NCBI GenBank assembly: GCA_012295275.1
Contig: CM022670.1
Coordinates: forward strand, 9,052,001-9,116,000
Length of the DNA stretch: 64,000 bases
Direction of reading: 5' to 3'
Origin: Chrysomallon squamiferum
Lineage: Eukaryota; Animalia; Mollusca
Position numbers and translations under genes: made by a program. The notes beneath the pieces are model-generated. The model worked only from the letters and a program-made list of their open reading frames with translations, did no database searches and was not told the origin of the DNA. Below, piece by piece: positions 50,861-64,000 of the stretch; the stretch's first letter is position 1, and each line of letters begins with the position of its first letter.

Positions 50861-53800
50861 TCTGTATTTTGCTTAGAATAACTGTCTGTGTGTGTTAATA
50901 TTTATGTCACATTTTACAGAAAGCCAGTTTATTTTATTTATTATTATTATTATTATTATTTTTTTTTTTTTTTGTTGATAGAAACCTATAAATCAGAAAA
51001 GTTGATTCAAAGCATGACTTATCTGATTCTTCATCTGCAATACTCTTAAAACAACCCTTATTCTGTTCAAAGCCCTTTCTTTATTACTATGATATTTAAA
51101 AAAAAAAAAAAAAAAAAAAACAATGAAAAAAAAATTACGAGAGAAATGTTTTTAAAAATAATAAAAAGGAGAGATTTTGTTACTGAATTTTCTTTTGTCA
51201 AAGATTGACACACAACAGAGAAAACCTGAATGAATGGTTCTTTGTTGATAAGACTCAATCAAGCCGTACGTATTGAAAGTTACATGATTTAGAGGTGAAC
51301 ATCAAAGCTGGGGTCAGAAAACCAGGTAAATAAAGTTACGTGAGTATTTGTGTTGGATTTATTCCCAGCTGGGTAGACTTCTGGTGTTAGGAAACACAGA
51401 CCATGTTGTTTCTTTTATGTGATATCAGGTTTTAACTGCCCTGGCCTGTTTTATCTAATTAACCTTGGTGTGATACAGGATGCCAGTGGCCATGTAATGT
51501 GTTGACATTTGTTATGTTTGAGAATTACTGACACAAATTATTATGAGACTTATTTGACCCCTAATAGAAGGAGCAGGTGCAGATCTATCTGTGTGTTGTA
51601 ACAGAAAAAGAAATCGTTTTAAATAAAGTATATCAATAGTGGTAATAATAACCATGGTGGTTGTAATGGTAGCAGTAGTAACAATAATAACAACAATGAT
51701 AATAATCATAATTATAGTAGTAATAACAACAATGATGATAATAGTAATAATAATAATAATTACATATCAGCCATCATTAGCACCATTTTCCAGTTTTTGT
51801 AAAGAAATCTAGTCCTTCATCTGTTAAGTGTTTATTGTAACTCAAGGTAAGATAAGTTATAGGATGACTTTTAATGTATTTTGGGCTATGAAAAGGGTAT
51901 CATAGGATAGCACATATCACAATTTTTTATAATTAACTCAGTGTCCTGGATAAACAGCTTTAAGTTACTAAGGATGTAGGCCTGTATAACAATGATTACT
52001 GATAAAGTTAGATAAAATAATTTGCAGGCATAATTAAATTAAAAGAATAACATTAGTATAGATATAATGTCTAGTGATATTAACACCATATGAAAGAATG
52101 AGTCATTTATTTACTATTATTTTTCATTCTCACTGGGTTTTTTTTGGCAGGGGTGTTACAAAATTTATTTTTTAAATTATTAGGTATTTTTTTGTGGGAG
52201 GGGAAAATTGTTCCAATTTTATGATTTATATATTTTATTTATTATTCCTTTTTTTTTTTTTCACCCCCATTTTCTTCAGTTATCTTTGACCAGCAGTTCT
52301 CAAACTTCAAAGCACCTATATAATAATATGTTAGAAAATTGAATGTTCAATTCATGACCACGTTGAAATAAGAACTGATTTCATTAATAACCTGGGTTAT
52401 CCTGTAACTATAACTATTTCCTCTGATGTTGTCAGCAAAATTTACTGTTTTTGGAAACAAATACATCAGGCAGATGTGGACCTTTCATGCACGGAACAAT
52501 GCATTTTTTGTTATTGACAGACCTCTGCACTTGATGCAATGATTATCTCATTAACAACAGTAATATGAACTTCTTTTCAAAAGCACAACATCAAAGGCTT
52601 TCAATTTCAGGTATTACTGACTACTATAAATTTGAAGGTGATTGATTCACTGCATGTAAAGGTATTAAAATGGAAGCTTTAACAACGTACAGGCTGGTAC
52701 ACAACTTACTTGTGTGCGATCAATCACTTGGGGGTGTTTTAAAGCTTTGTTGTTTGTACTTTGTGGAATATGCAAGATTGTGTTTGTTTATTGCAGAAAA
52801 TGTTCTTTTTGAAGATAAAAACAAATTTAAAAATTATAGTTAGAAATGATATGAAAGGTAAAAGAAAATTTTATTTTTCACTTACGTTTATTTTTTGTTT
52901 CAGAAAAAGGTAACAAATGTAGACACATAAACAATTTTTGATTACCTTTTTATGATTGATAAAAACAAATGTCTTTTTCATTTCATTTCATTTTATTGTG
53001 ATTTTTAGTGTAATGACTTTCATCTTCATCATTACTGTATTACATTCATTGTAATTATTTAGTAGTAGATGTAGTGTGTGTGTGTGTGTTAGAAATTATT
53101 CTCATTATATTAATAATTTGTGTCTTGTTAATTCTTGAAGATGTTAACACCCTGTGTTTACCTACCATTCTTTGTACATTTAAAAGGACTGTAGAAAATT
53201 GGGTTTCCACTCAATGTTAAAGGTTATAAATTCTCATGCAAAACTGTCAGTTTGTTTGTTTGAATAACTGTTTTGTCAAGATACTCTTATTTATTGTTAA
53301 AAAAAGAAAGGAAAAAAAAGAATTTTTATATCATTTTTCTTCTTCAGTTTCTTTGATTGATTTTTGTTTAAAAAATTTTTTTTTTTTTTTGTGAATTTTT
53401 TTAATTTTTAAAAATATTTTCTGTAATTTTGGTTTTATTTAAAAAAAAAAAATTATCAAACGGTATACAAAAATAAAGTTAAAACTGGAAACCTGTACCA
53501 TGAAATTAGCATATTGAATCACATGAATTCAAAACTGCTACACAATAAATGTGGGCTATATATAATGTTAAATACACAAACAAGAAATTACATAGTAATC
53601 CAATTGTCTTTATTTTTTATTTTTAGGGAAACACAAGATAGTAAACTTAAATATGATACTCTTTAAATTAACCTATAATGTATCTGACTTTACAACAGTG
53701 TAATTTAAGTCAAAATGAAAACCTTTCAGTGACCTGGTGTAAGTAAAAGTCTGGATTTGCCCTTACAGAATTATAACCAGACTGGAGTAACCATTACTTG

Positions 53801-54979
53801 TTTGATATTTTGATATTTTGATCTGTTTCTGATTTGACAGTTGTGAGAAATGAAGTAGTGTTATCTATACAACTATCTTTGATTATCATTTTTATGACAT
53901 TTTGTTGATTAACTTGTGTGTGTATCTGGGATGGTATTTTTCTGTGACAAAGAAGTTAACTGATGTTTCAGAGGAATTTTTTCTGTAAAGGTTTTATTTT
54001 GGCTGTTGAATAAACAAAAGGTAAAGATTGGAACAGAGAAGTAGGATTTTTTTTTTTTTTTTAATTTGAAGTTTAGGTTTGAAAAAAAAAAAAAAAAAAA
54101 CATCATTCATTCAAACACACACAGAATAGATACACATTCACACATGCATGCAGACACAAAACTCAAACAGACATATGCACATATACACAAAACACACACA
54201 AGTACATGTATACATTTATAAATAAATAATTTAAATTTATAGCACTGTTGATTGACTTTTAGATAATGTAGATTATTTTAATATTTCTTGACTTCAAAAA
54301 TCTCAGTTATTTCATGGCAAAAATATATACTGTGTGTTATCTTCAAATGTGTGCTAAAAACCCAGAATTATACTAAATATTTTATGTGTAAAATGTCATC
54401 AATAGTTTGGCTATATTATATGTTATTGGCTTGATGTTTTATTGACCCATTAGTCTTATTCTTTTATTTGATTTTGATTTTATGTGTTATTATTAGTTTA
54501 AGTCTGTGTAAGAAATTAGAATTTAGTTACATTTTTGTACATCTATAATGACTGTCTTTTTAAAATCTTTTTACTAAATGAGTTACAAAATAATTCAGAA
54601 TTATTTATTAATTATCTGTCTGTTTGATTGTTTATTTATTTATTGAATTTATTAAATTAATTATGTTTGTATGTGTGTATGTATTATAAGTTTTTACAGT
54701 GTAATAAGTAAAAGCTCATGTTTGGATTTATGGAACACATGAAAACACATGGCTGATTTCATTCTGTTGTGTTATCTCAGGCAGCTTTATAATTACCCAG
54801 TTTAAATACTGTTATCACTTCACCATTTAAAAACATCGCATTCTGGAGTTAAAAAAGAAGCCAGATTAATTCATTGTTTATCTGTCTGTGTACACCTGCT
54901 AGCTTTGTATATACAGAAGATTATACAGATTTAGTATAGTTATTTATATACATACCTGTGATGTCAGTGTTACAAGTCA

Positions 54980-55280
54980 TTATAATCTAAATTTAATAGA
55001 CCTAATACCTTTCTGTATGTAATTGTAATCTAAATTTTAAAACATATAATATTCAAAATAAATATATTTTTATATACTTAATCATAATCTAAATTTTAAA
55101 AATTAGAATTCTTTCTGTTCTTAATTACAATATAAATTTTATATAACTATAATATCTATATGCACTTAATTATAATCTATATTCCTTCCATATTACAATC
55201 TAAATTTTAATAAATATAATATATCCATTCTAATCTACAAATCATTCTGTATATAACAATAATCCAACCTTTAATAAATG
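54980..55280. repeat. Degenerate AT-rich minisatellite (taatctaaattttaa core)
   Basis: Core recurs at ~54984, 55026, 55086, 55196. Confidence 0.6.
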
Positions 55281-57208
55281 TGCTTAAAATAAAATTATTT
55301 TAATTTGTCATTAATTTTTAATTTCATATTGACTTTATTTTTTAAACTTTTTTATAATTTCCCATTTTTTTTTTTAGACTTCACATGATAACTAAGGATA
55401 CATAAATGTTAAAAACTAAATTTTAATACATTTTTTTTTATCTATAACAGTATAGTATTGTTTTTAAAAAACAAAAATTAAAACATAAATAATAGACAAC
55501 ACCAGTATCCCTGGATATTTTATCATTTCAGTTTTCATCTGTTTTTTTTTTTACTACAATTTATTGAAGCTAAAGTAGACATCTTTAAAACAAAAAAAAA
55601 AAAAAAAGGATTGAATTAAATCACTAGCAATGTTTGTATTTTAACTTCTTTTTTTAACACTACACATTTTTTTTTTTTGATTTACTTTGTCATGTGAAGA
55701 GGTAAAAAGTTCAAGCCTATCCTTCTTGCTGAAAAAAACAACAGCCTTAGCAATAAAACAAAACAAAACAACTATCAACTTTATTTGAATAAATTCTTTG
55801 TTGTTAAATTGTTCCTTTGATTTTATGACTTTTGTGTTATTTTCCAGATGACTGGTTTTACTTTTTAATAGACAGTTTATGGCTGCATTGATCACATGTT
55901 ATGTAAAGGAATTTTAAAAGGAAACGCCACATATATTATTATTTTTTTATTATTTATACAGGCAATGATTAGAAAATATGTATATAACTAAAAAAGTTTA
56001 AAAATTTTAAAAGTAAAAGAAACAAAAAAAAAAACAATAATAAATAAGAACTTTAATTGTAGTCATAGTCATAGTATTCAGTATGGAGGCAACTGCCATC
56101 CTATATTCAGACAAAACAGTGAGTAAAACAAGGGAAAATGGTACTTGAATCTTTCTCACTTCAACATTTCAAGCAAATTAAACCCTTCTGCACCCTCTTA
56201 ACTAAACAGTCCAAATATACCAGTGGGTGAAATTAATCTGTTTATAGTTTTGAAAAATAAAATTAATTACATTCCTACTGTCCATCATGAAATATTATTT
56301 CATATTTCAGAAAAAAAAATAATGTAATGAAAAGTGCATAATTCTAGTGCATATTATGAGTGTGACAAAAAACTCTCCAGTCTGCTTTTTTTATTTCACA
56401 ATCTTTACTTTTTTATTTTAAATTAAAAATCATTTGTTAGCCTGTTCACATTAGTATCTGGGAATATGAGTTGTAGTTCATGAAGTGTTGAGGTATAATA
56501 GATTACAAGATCAATACTTTGTACTGTACCCTGGTTTATCATAGGCAATATTCTTGACATCCATTATTTGCCTATGTTGTGGTACTTGAAAGCTGAATTT
56601 GATCTTTTAACTTACATAGAACATAATACCATTACCTTTGATTTTTAACATAAATAACAAATAGCAAAACTGGTTTTAGCATATGAACTCAAATTAAAAT
56701 AAGTTAATGTTATCTTTGATTTTTGACTATTTATAAAACACAGTTCAGTGCATTGAGTGGAATAAGTATTTAACAGTAAAAAAAACATTTTCAGGCACCT
56801 GCACATTTTATTGCCTTTGGGCATATATGAACAACCTGAGTATGGCTTTACTTGAATGATTCAATCTAGCTTGGTGAAATTCAAGTTAGGTACACTTTGC
56901 AATATAATATTGGTTTACCTTGCAGTCAGTAAGACTATGTAATTTCAAATTTATATCCATTAATTTATATGTCCTCTGTATTGTTCACACAAGCTAGGTC
57001 AGTGTTAGTTAAACTTTTCCTCTAATGTAAGAATTTTTCCCACGGTGTTATAGATTTCATGCAAAAATATGGATATTGCCTGTATGCAAACCATGAAATA
57101 CTAGAATAAACACCAACAACAAAAAAAAAATAATAATAATAAAATGACATCAAAATTAATAAATAACAATTGTAGTGTTTTTTAACTGTAAATTATTCAT
57201 GCATTATA

Positions 57209-57244
<36 letters not shown>

Positions 57245-57288
57245 TTTTAATTTAAAAAAAACACATTTTACTTTTTTTTTTTTTTTTC

Positions 57289-57321
<33 letters not shown>

Positions 57322-57727
57322 AGCAAAAATGTGTGAAACATAAACTATTCCAAATTCCTTCCCAAAGTGATAAAATGTTTAAATTATGCATTGAAATGAC
57401 AGCTCAATAACTTTCTGTGTGTGTGAAAGATTTCTCCTCAGTGGTAATGAAATGTCTGTTTTGGCCCAGAAGCAACAAAGCAGTGTTTGTTACATCCAGT
57501 CCTGTTATGAATCTGTCAAAATTACCCTTGTTTGCACTGATGTTGAAATATCATTGTTAACTTTCAGACTTCTGGGTGCATTTGTTGAAACAGAATTCTT
57601 AAAGCTAATGTTCCCATACAAAGATTGTGTTTGCTTGCAGGTTAAATATCATAGTCTTCTTTAAAATGATAATAGATTTTGTTTCCTTGTATTCTTTTTC
57701 AGAATTACTTTACATATATATTATTTA

Positions 57728-57764
<37 letters not shown>

Positions 57765-58267
57765 TAACATTTATTTATTTATTTATTGTTTTTTTATATA
57801 TATTATTTATTTATTTTTATTATTTATTATTAATTTATTTTATTTTATTTTTTCCAATTTGAAAATGTTTCATTGAATTTATATTTTCTAATTTGAAAAA
57901 AGCTTCTTTCATTTATTTTTTTATTTTTGTACTTCAAAAAGAAATCCTTACTTTTCTATATAATGTAAAAATCAGTCTATTAAGATCATTTTAATAAAGG
58001 AGCTAACTCTATTGTATTAATCTCAGTATTAAACATTTAGATCAAAACAAATATTCTCTGAAGTATAATAAATACAGTTACCTTTTTACAGAGCAAACAA
58101 GCTGATAACAACATATTCAGTTACTATCCAATTAACATACAGTAAATAAATAATCATCTTATTAAAGCCCAATATAGGTTAATTAGTTTTAGATAAACAA
58201 TATTAGGTTATTATAAGCTGTTAGTTTATTAAACTGTTTTCTGCATGAACAGAGTACATACTTATAA

Positions 58268-58482
58268 TACTGAATGGCAAATTATGTTTTTGATATTGAA
58301 TGACTTAATATAATTATTACCAAGTTATTATTATGACAAACTGAACTCATATTTTCAATATTGAATGGCTGACTGTACTACTAAGTTATTACAATGACAA
58401 ACTGAATCTTTGTTTTCAGTATTGAGTGACACACTATATTTCCAAGTTGTTATACTGAGAGCATATTTTTTCAATATTGTAC
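58268..58482. repeat. Degenerate tandem repeat, 3-4 x ~60 bp
   Basis: tattgaatg...aagttatta..atgacaaactgaa recurs with ~60-bp period. Confidence 0.8.
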
Positions 58483-58769
58483 AGACATATACTTAATAAA
58501 TTGAGCAAACACTTTACTATGTTAGTATAGAATCATGAATTTGAAACTAATTGTGTTGATTGTCCATAATATTGTCTCTATAAATAATGAGGTCAGATTT
58601 TACATTGCATCTGTAATGACAAACATTATAATGAGTAATTTTTATTATTATTTTTATATATATGACATTAGTGACTTTACAATTTGAAGCTTAGTGACAG
58701 AAATCTGGCCTAAGAATTATTGGTTACTGACACAGACTTCCTGAGTTCTTGTTTAGAGCTTTTGGCTTT

Positions 58770-58942
58770 TACAGACAGTACCCAACAACTGACATTCCAA
58801 AGACCACTGGATGTGTTTTTCTTTCATTGGGAAGTTACTTGTAAAAGATCCCTTACTGTGATTCTTAACCATATATAAACCATTAAGTGACAGTAGATTA
58901 AAATATGTCATCATTAAATAAAAAATTTCTTTCCTTTCTTCT
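58770..58942 (+). mobile_element. Decayed SINE core/3' tail
   Basis: caaagaccactggatgtg...taaaagatccctt...cttaaccatat...catcattaaataaaaaatttctttcc. Confidence 0.5.
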
Positions 58943-61900
58943 TCATAAACAACATGGGTACATGGGAACTTAATGTTTAAGAAAGGCAGAGGGGATCATT
59001 TGACTGAACTTTTACAAAGACAGAAATACAAGCACTGATAATTTCTTGCTTCACTTGAATTTTTAACATTATTCTGGGAGAGATATTGGACCTTCTGTCC
59101 CACCCCTCAGTCATCTACTGAAGTTAAGCTGTTTAAACTTTTATTTGACCACATGTTACATCTAAACACAATAATGTTACTGTAACATAACAGATTCTGT
59201 GAGGGCTTAACATATTTCCATCTTATTACACATTATGATCATTTGAGTAAGTTGTACATTTATCTTTATGCCTAGTTGACCACTCATGTAAGTAACATTC
59301 TGAAAGGCCACGATTAAATCAGTTTAATGTTAAGGTTAATGGAAGCTGAATAATCTACACTTTGTATAAAACTTGTTTGATTCCTTTTGAAAGGAAGAAA
59401 TATTTTTGTTTCTTAAAGCTGCATTCAAAATATTATCAATGTTTTCTTAAATAGTATCATATGTAAGATTAAGTACACAGGACATTTTTTGATAATGTAT
59501 TTTTTTGTTTGTTTGTTTTTGAAAATAAGATATGTCCGAATATCTAGTGTATTAAATAGTTATTGACATATATTTTTTTCTGTTTGCAACAAGATTTTTT
59601 AAATACATATTTTATTTGTTTGTTTGCCAGGCTATTTAAATTTTATTTTATTTGATAATTTGTTTATTATAGATTAATTTTTATACTTAAATATACTGAT
59701 TAAGTGAAGTCATTTATTCCTCATGTGATGTTACTGTTCTACTAAAGAGAAGGACATTTCTGAAATGTTACACCTTTAATTTGTAAAGTTTTTTATTTTA
59801 AACATCAGTAGATTATTAAACATACAGAGATAGAGAGAAAAAAACTAAAAAAAAAAAAAAAAAAATCAGCTACATTACCACCCACTAGTTACTAATATAA
59901 AAAGTTTGGTTCTTAAATTCATAACCTTATAACACTATTTTGTCTATTTCTCTCAAGTTGTCTGCATAAATCAACCCTTCATGTTTCTAACCCATTCTTT
60001 TGGGCCAACACTGTAGCCATGCTTATAACGATTATTTTATTTGTGGATACAAACTGAAAACATTTAAACAGTGGGATAATACCTGTGGCACCTGACTGTA
60101 GCCTGTGTATTTATCTCACCCACTGATCCTCGGTGTGTGCCTTTGGCAATGTGTTTCAAGGTAGATATCTGTGAAGCGCTTTCTCTCTCACTCTCATTCA
60201 GTTTGTTTAGCGTCAATGAGCGGGTTCCCTTTCACACTACAAAGTGTGGCTGATTGTTTTACAAGCTCAAAGCCTGATCAGGCTGTCCTTAGTGTGCAAA
60301 CTGGCCTTTACAATCACCTGGCCTAACTCACCTGGAAGCTCGTTAGAGGTAAAGAGATTTTGTTAAATAATTTTAAATTAATTGTTTTTATTTAAAAAAA
60401 AAAAATATATAAAATTCTTTTTGTTTGTTGTTATTATTGTTATTGTTGTTACTATAATTATTATTGTTATTATTATATTTGTTGTTGTTTGTAATGTAAA
60501 ATGGCTTTTAATAGTAAATTTTTTATTTTGTATTACCTGACAATTTAAACTTTAAAGGTTGTAATAATTTACAATTTTTTTTTTTAATATTACTATTATT
60601 AATAGTAGTAGTAGTAGTTACAGTAGTAGTTGTAGTAGTTGTTGTTGTTCTTCTGCTTCTTGTTAGTGGTGGTGGTGGTGTTTATAATGCGACATGGTTT
60701 TTAATGGCTAAAATTTTAATTTATGTCAACTGACAATTTTAACAGTTAAACATTAAACATTTTAACATCTTTTAAAACAAATATTTTCATTATTATTATT
60801 TATTTTATTATTTCAAATGTTGTGAATTTTAAATATTTAAATTCAGTTACAAATAAATTTTCAAAACTATAAAAAATTTAAAAGAGAATGAGAGAGATAA
60901 CAAAAATTGAATAAAGCTGAATGGGATGCAGAGAGTGTAATTGTACATGTTGGGCAATAACATGGAATTTCATTGGACAAAAGACTGAAACTTATAGCTG
61001 ACATTAATATGAGACTTTAAAAGACTTTAACTGGATAACAGGCAGTAATTCTAACTCTGAATACACAGGATTAAGAGGTAGTTGTGACTGTCTTGCAGTG
61101 TAAATGAGACTGTGATAGAGGATATTAGTACAATCTCACAGTGGATGGATAAAAACTAGTGTGAAACTGACAGTGTACAGCTGTGAATGACAACTACAAG
61201 GTATGTCTGATGATGTTCTAAGGTGTTTGACATTGAGCCAGGGTATAGGGTAATTCACAGATTATTAATAATTATTATGTATTTGGGCTTACTTCTGACT
61301 GTATATCCAAAGATAAATGTAAAAGCATGAAGACTGACTCAAACTGACAGTGAATTAATAATAGTACAGGATTTGTTTCACAATGTATGTAGGTAACTGA
61401 CAGCCAGCTGTTTATGGATTTAGATTAACAATCATCATTATAGCTATGAGTTTAATGTTATACTTGGGTATACAATCTGAATGATGGATAAAACTCTTAC
61501 TAGCAGAATGTGAAACTGAAAGTGGGTAGTTGTGAATCAGAGAGTAGTGTTTGGCTAATGAAATACACACATAGCAGATTAATCATTATTATTATCATTT
61601 GAATATTATCATAACTATTCTTTTGAGAATTTGATATCTTTGGTTATGATGTCATAAGGATATAAGATTTTTATAGCAGAGGTTGAAGCTATCAATGGGT
61701 GATAGTGAAAGTGATGATGTCATTAATTATCTATCAGTTAGCTGTCACTGGGTAGACTGGCCTTTGATAAACAGTGTGTGGAGCCATGGCTGGAACAGAA
61801 AACCAGTAATGTTTAATCCTCTGACTTATACCTCAGGCCAGTGCTCTAATAAATTAATTGGATATAAATCTGAAGCAATGTCAACTGAAACAAATTTATG

Positions 61901-62198
61901 TTATTCAATTATAGAATAATAATTTGTTGGCATATCATGGATAGACTGTCTAACAATCAATTAATATTTAGTTGGTTGTAAAGAAATCAGAAGTGTAGAC
62001 CAAATTATTATACTTTTATATATAACCCTCAATCTGGTATTTTCGATATATATGTTTCAGAAATTAACTGTATATGTATATATATATTTTTTTAATTCTT
62101 TGTACAGAAGACATTTATCTACTGAATCATGAACTAAACATTCAGGTGAAAAAAAATAAAATGACAGTATTGTATTTTGTACATTTAAAAACTACAAA

Positions 62199-62384
<186 letters not shown>

Positions 62385-62774
62385 CGCATCTTAGATCCAG
62401 ATTAATGTCATTTGGCATGCACAGATCCTTCACCTTCTGCATCAGCATTCTGTAGTTCTGTAAAAGCAATTTGTTTTTATAAGAACATAACTGATGAAAT
62501 GAGTTGGGTGTGTGCTGTTATTTATTAGCTTTTGTCTGTTATTGTAATATCAGTTGTGTATACTGAAAAACATACCACGTCTGAGTCTTACGTCATTCAT
62601 TAACTTGCTCAGTCAGTTCAAAAAATAATAAAGAAAGAAAGAAAGAAAAATGATGATGATGATAAAAATAATGATAATTATAATAATAACAATAAAATAA
62701 GGAATTTGATGAATAAACACAGTTTTATATTGGGAAAGTGATTTAAACTGTATGGAAATTAACATGTAGAATAA

Positions 62775-63238
62775 ATGGTTTATGTCTTACAATACTGATT
62801 AATGTATTATGACACTGAGTTTTTTGTATTATGTTATAGGTTTGTGTATTTTGGCATTGATTTATATTTTATTATACTGATTTATGTCTGATATTGGTTT
62901 TTGTCTCATGTTATTGTTTATGATTTATGATATTCAGTTATGTCATATATTTTATTATATTACACTTGGCTTATGTATTTTGATTTATATCTTATGATAT
63001 TTATTTATGTCTTATGATACTGGTTTTTGTCTTACATTATTGCTTTATGCTTTATTATCTTGGCTTATATTGGTTTATATCTGATTTATGTCTTATGATA
63101 CTGTTTTTTGATTAACAATAGTGGGTTATATTATATCATGATACTGACATGCTTTATGATATTAGTTTATGCATTATGATACTCTTTTTTTTTTAGTTAT
63201 GATACTGGTTTTTTATTTATGATATTTGTTTATGTATT
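62775..63238. repeat. Degenerate ~20-bp minisatellite (tttatgtcttatgatactgg)
   Basis: Roughly 20 decayed units. Confidence 0.85.
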
Positions 63239-63435
63239 GTAAATTACAAATGTCAAGAAGCTCTGTAATGTGATGTTCACAATCTGAACATTCATAAAAA
63301 ATGTGTCTTTTGTAAGAAATAACTAGTTATTTTATTCATCCTGTAATCCTTCATTACATGAAGTGAACCATTTAATTTCATTATTTTATTGTCCTTCTTG
63401 CCAGTAGTCACACAGGGATTGTTTTACTGCCAATA

Positions 63436-63665
63436 AAATATCTGTACTTCAAAACATTCTTTGAAAATGAAAGATCAGGAACTGGAAACAAAAGATGTAA
63501 CTTGAGCAATAATACATATTTGTATTAAGTATTAAAAATATTTTTGATAGCAAAAAGCTACAAAATATCTGTACTTCAAAACGTTCTTGAAAAATAAAAA
63601 CCAAGAATTGAAAAAAAAAGATGTAATTTTGAAAAATAATACATATTTCTTAAAAGTATTAAAAT
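63436..63665. repeat. Direct duplication, 2 x ~126 bp
   Basis: aaaatatctgtacttcaaaac at 63436 and 63562, both followed by aaaagatgtaa..aataatacatattt..agtattaaaa. Confidence 0.9.
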
Positions 63666-64000
63666 AATTTGATGTGTTTTGTCATTACTTATGGGAATTT
63701 ATCTGGTCATCCTATGTTACACTGTTTAATGTGACTGCAGGATAAATACACAGATTATCTGCATGTTTTGAAATTGTGTTAGTAAACAGAATGCCTGCAT
63801 TTCTGTACATGTTCTCTATGTGTGTGAACATGACTGGGAAATCAGTAAATTTAACTTTGTTTACAGTAGTAGTACAAGCAGGTAAACTGATTAAGCTGTC
63901 AGACTGATGACAGATAGGATCTGGGATCAGATCCTGATATGAGTTTCCATCCAGAGCTAACTTACAAGGTATAAGATTACTGCAAACTCTTCTTTTTTTT

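Noticed and set aside
58268-58482. ~60-bp periodic array resembling CRISPR repeat-spacer spacing (also 26045-26530 and 62775-63238)
   Set aside because: Whole units are homologous and degenerate, with no identical repeats plus unique spacers, no cas genes, and a eukaryotic context.
63939-63974. ATG-MSFHPELTYK followed by AAG|gtataa
   Set aside because: Weak donor at the window edge; cannot be evaluated.

Overview
AT-rich, intron- and microsatellite-rich animal genomic DNA, not prokaryotic. The SINE remnants resemble gastropod mollusc repeats (inference from recall, not a search). The one identifiable gene is a 16-coding-exon inverted-formin (INF2-like) gene on the minus strand, ATG 16754 to stop 7249. 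I reconstructed it exon by exon with GT-AG sites; phases are consistent for the first 15 exons. Domains: N-terminal DID/armadillo region, dimerisation segment, FH2, DAD-like helix, basic tail. Unusual points: there is no polyproline FH1 anywhere; the near-invariant actin-binding Ile of the FH2 knob is Leu; the most obvious last splice junction creates a stop rather than joining the terminal ~200-codon ORF; and one intron is bracketed by a 10-bp direct repeat that supplies both splice dinucleotides. A CpG-retaining region at ~17.1-18.8 kb looks like a bidirectional promoter. The remaining ~45 kb has no recognisable protein-coding exon. By eye it is CpG-depleted and T-skewed, like the 5' introns of a large plus-strand gene, and contains candidate alternative first exons, a perfect DR5 and a DR2 nuclear-receptor element, decayed SINE/DNA-transposon fragments and several degenerate tandem arrays. 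A 65-bp near-perfect inverted repeat lies at 1546-1936. Nearly all supplied ORFs outside the formin are low-complexity artefacts.
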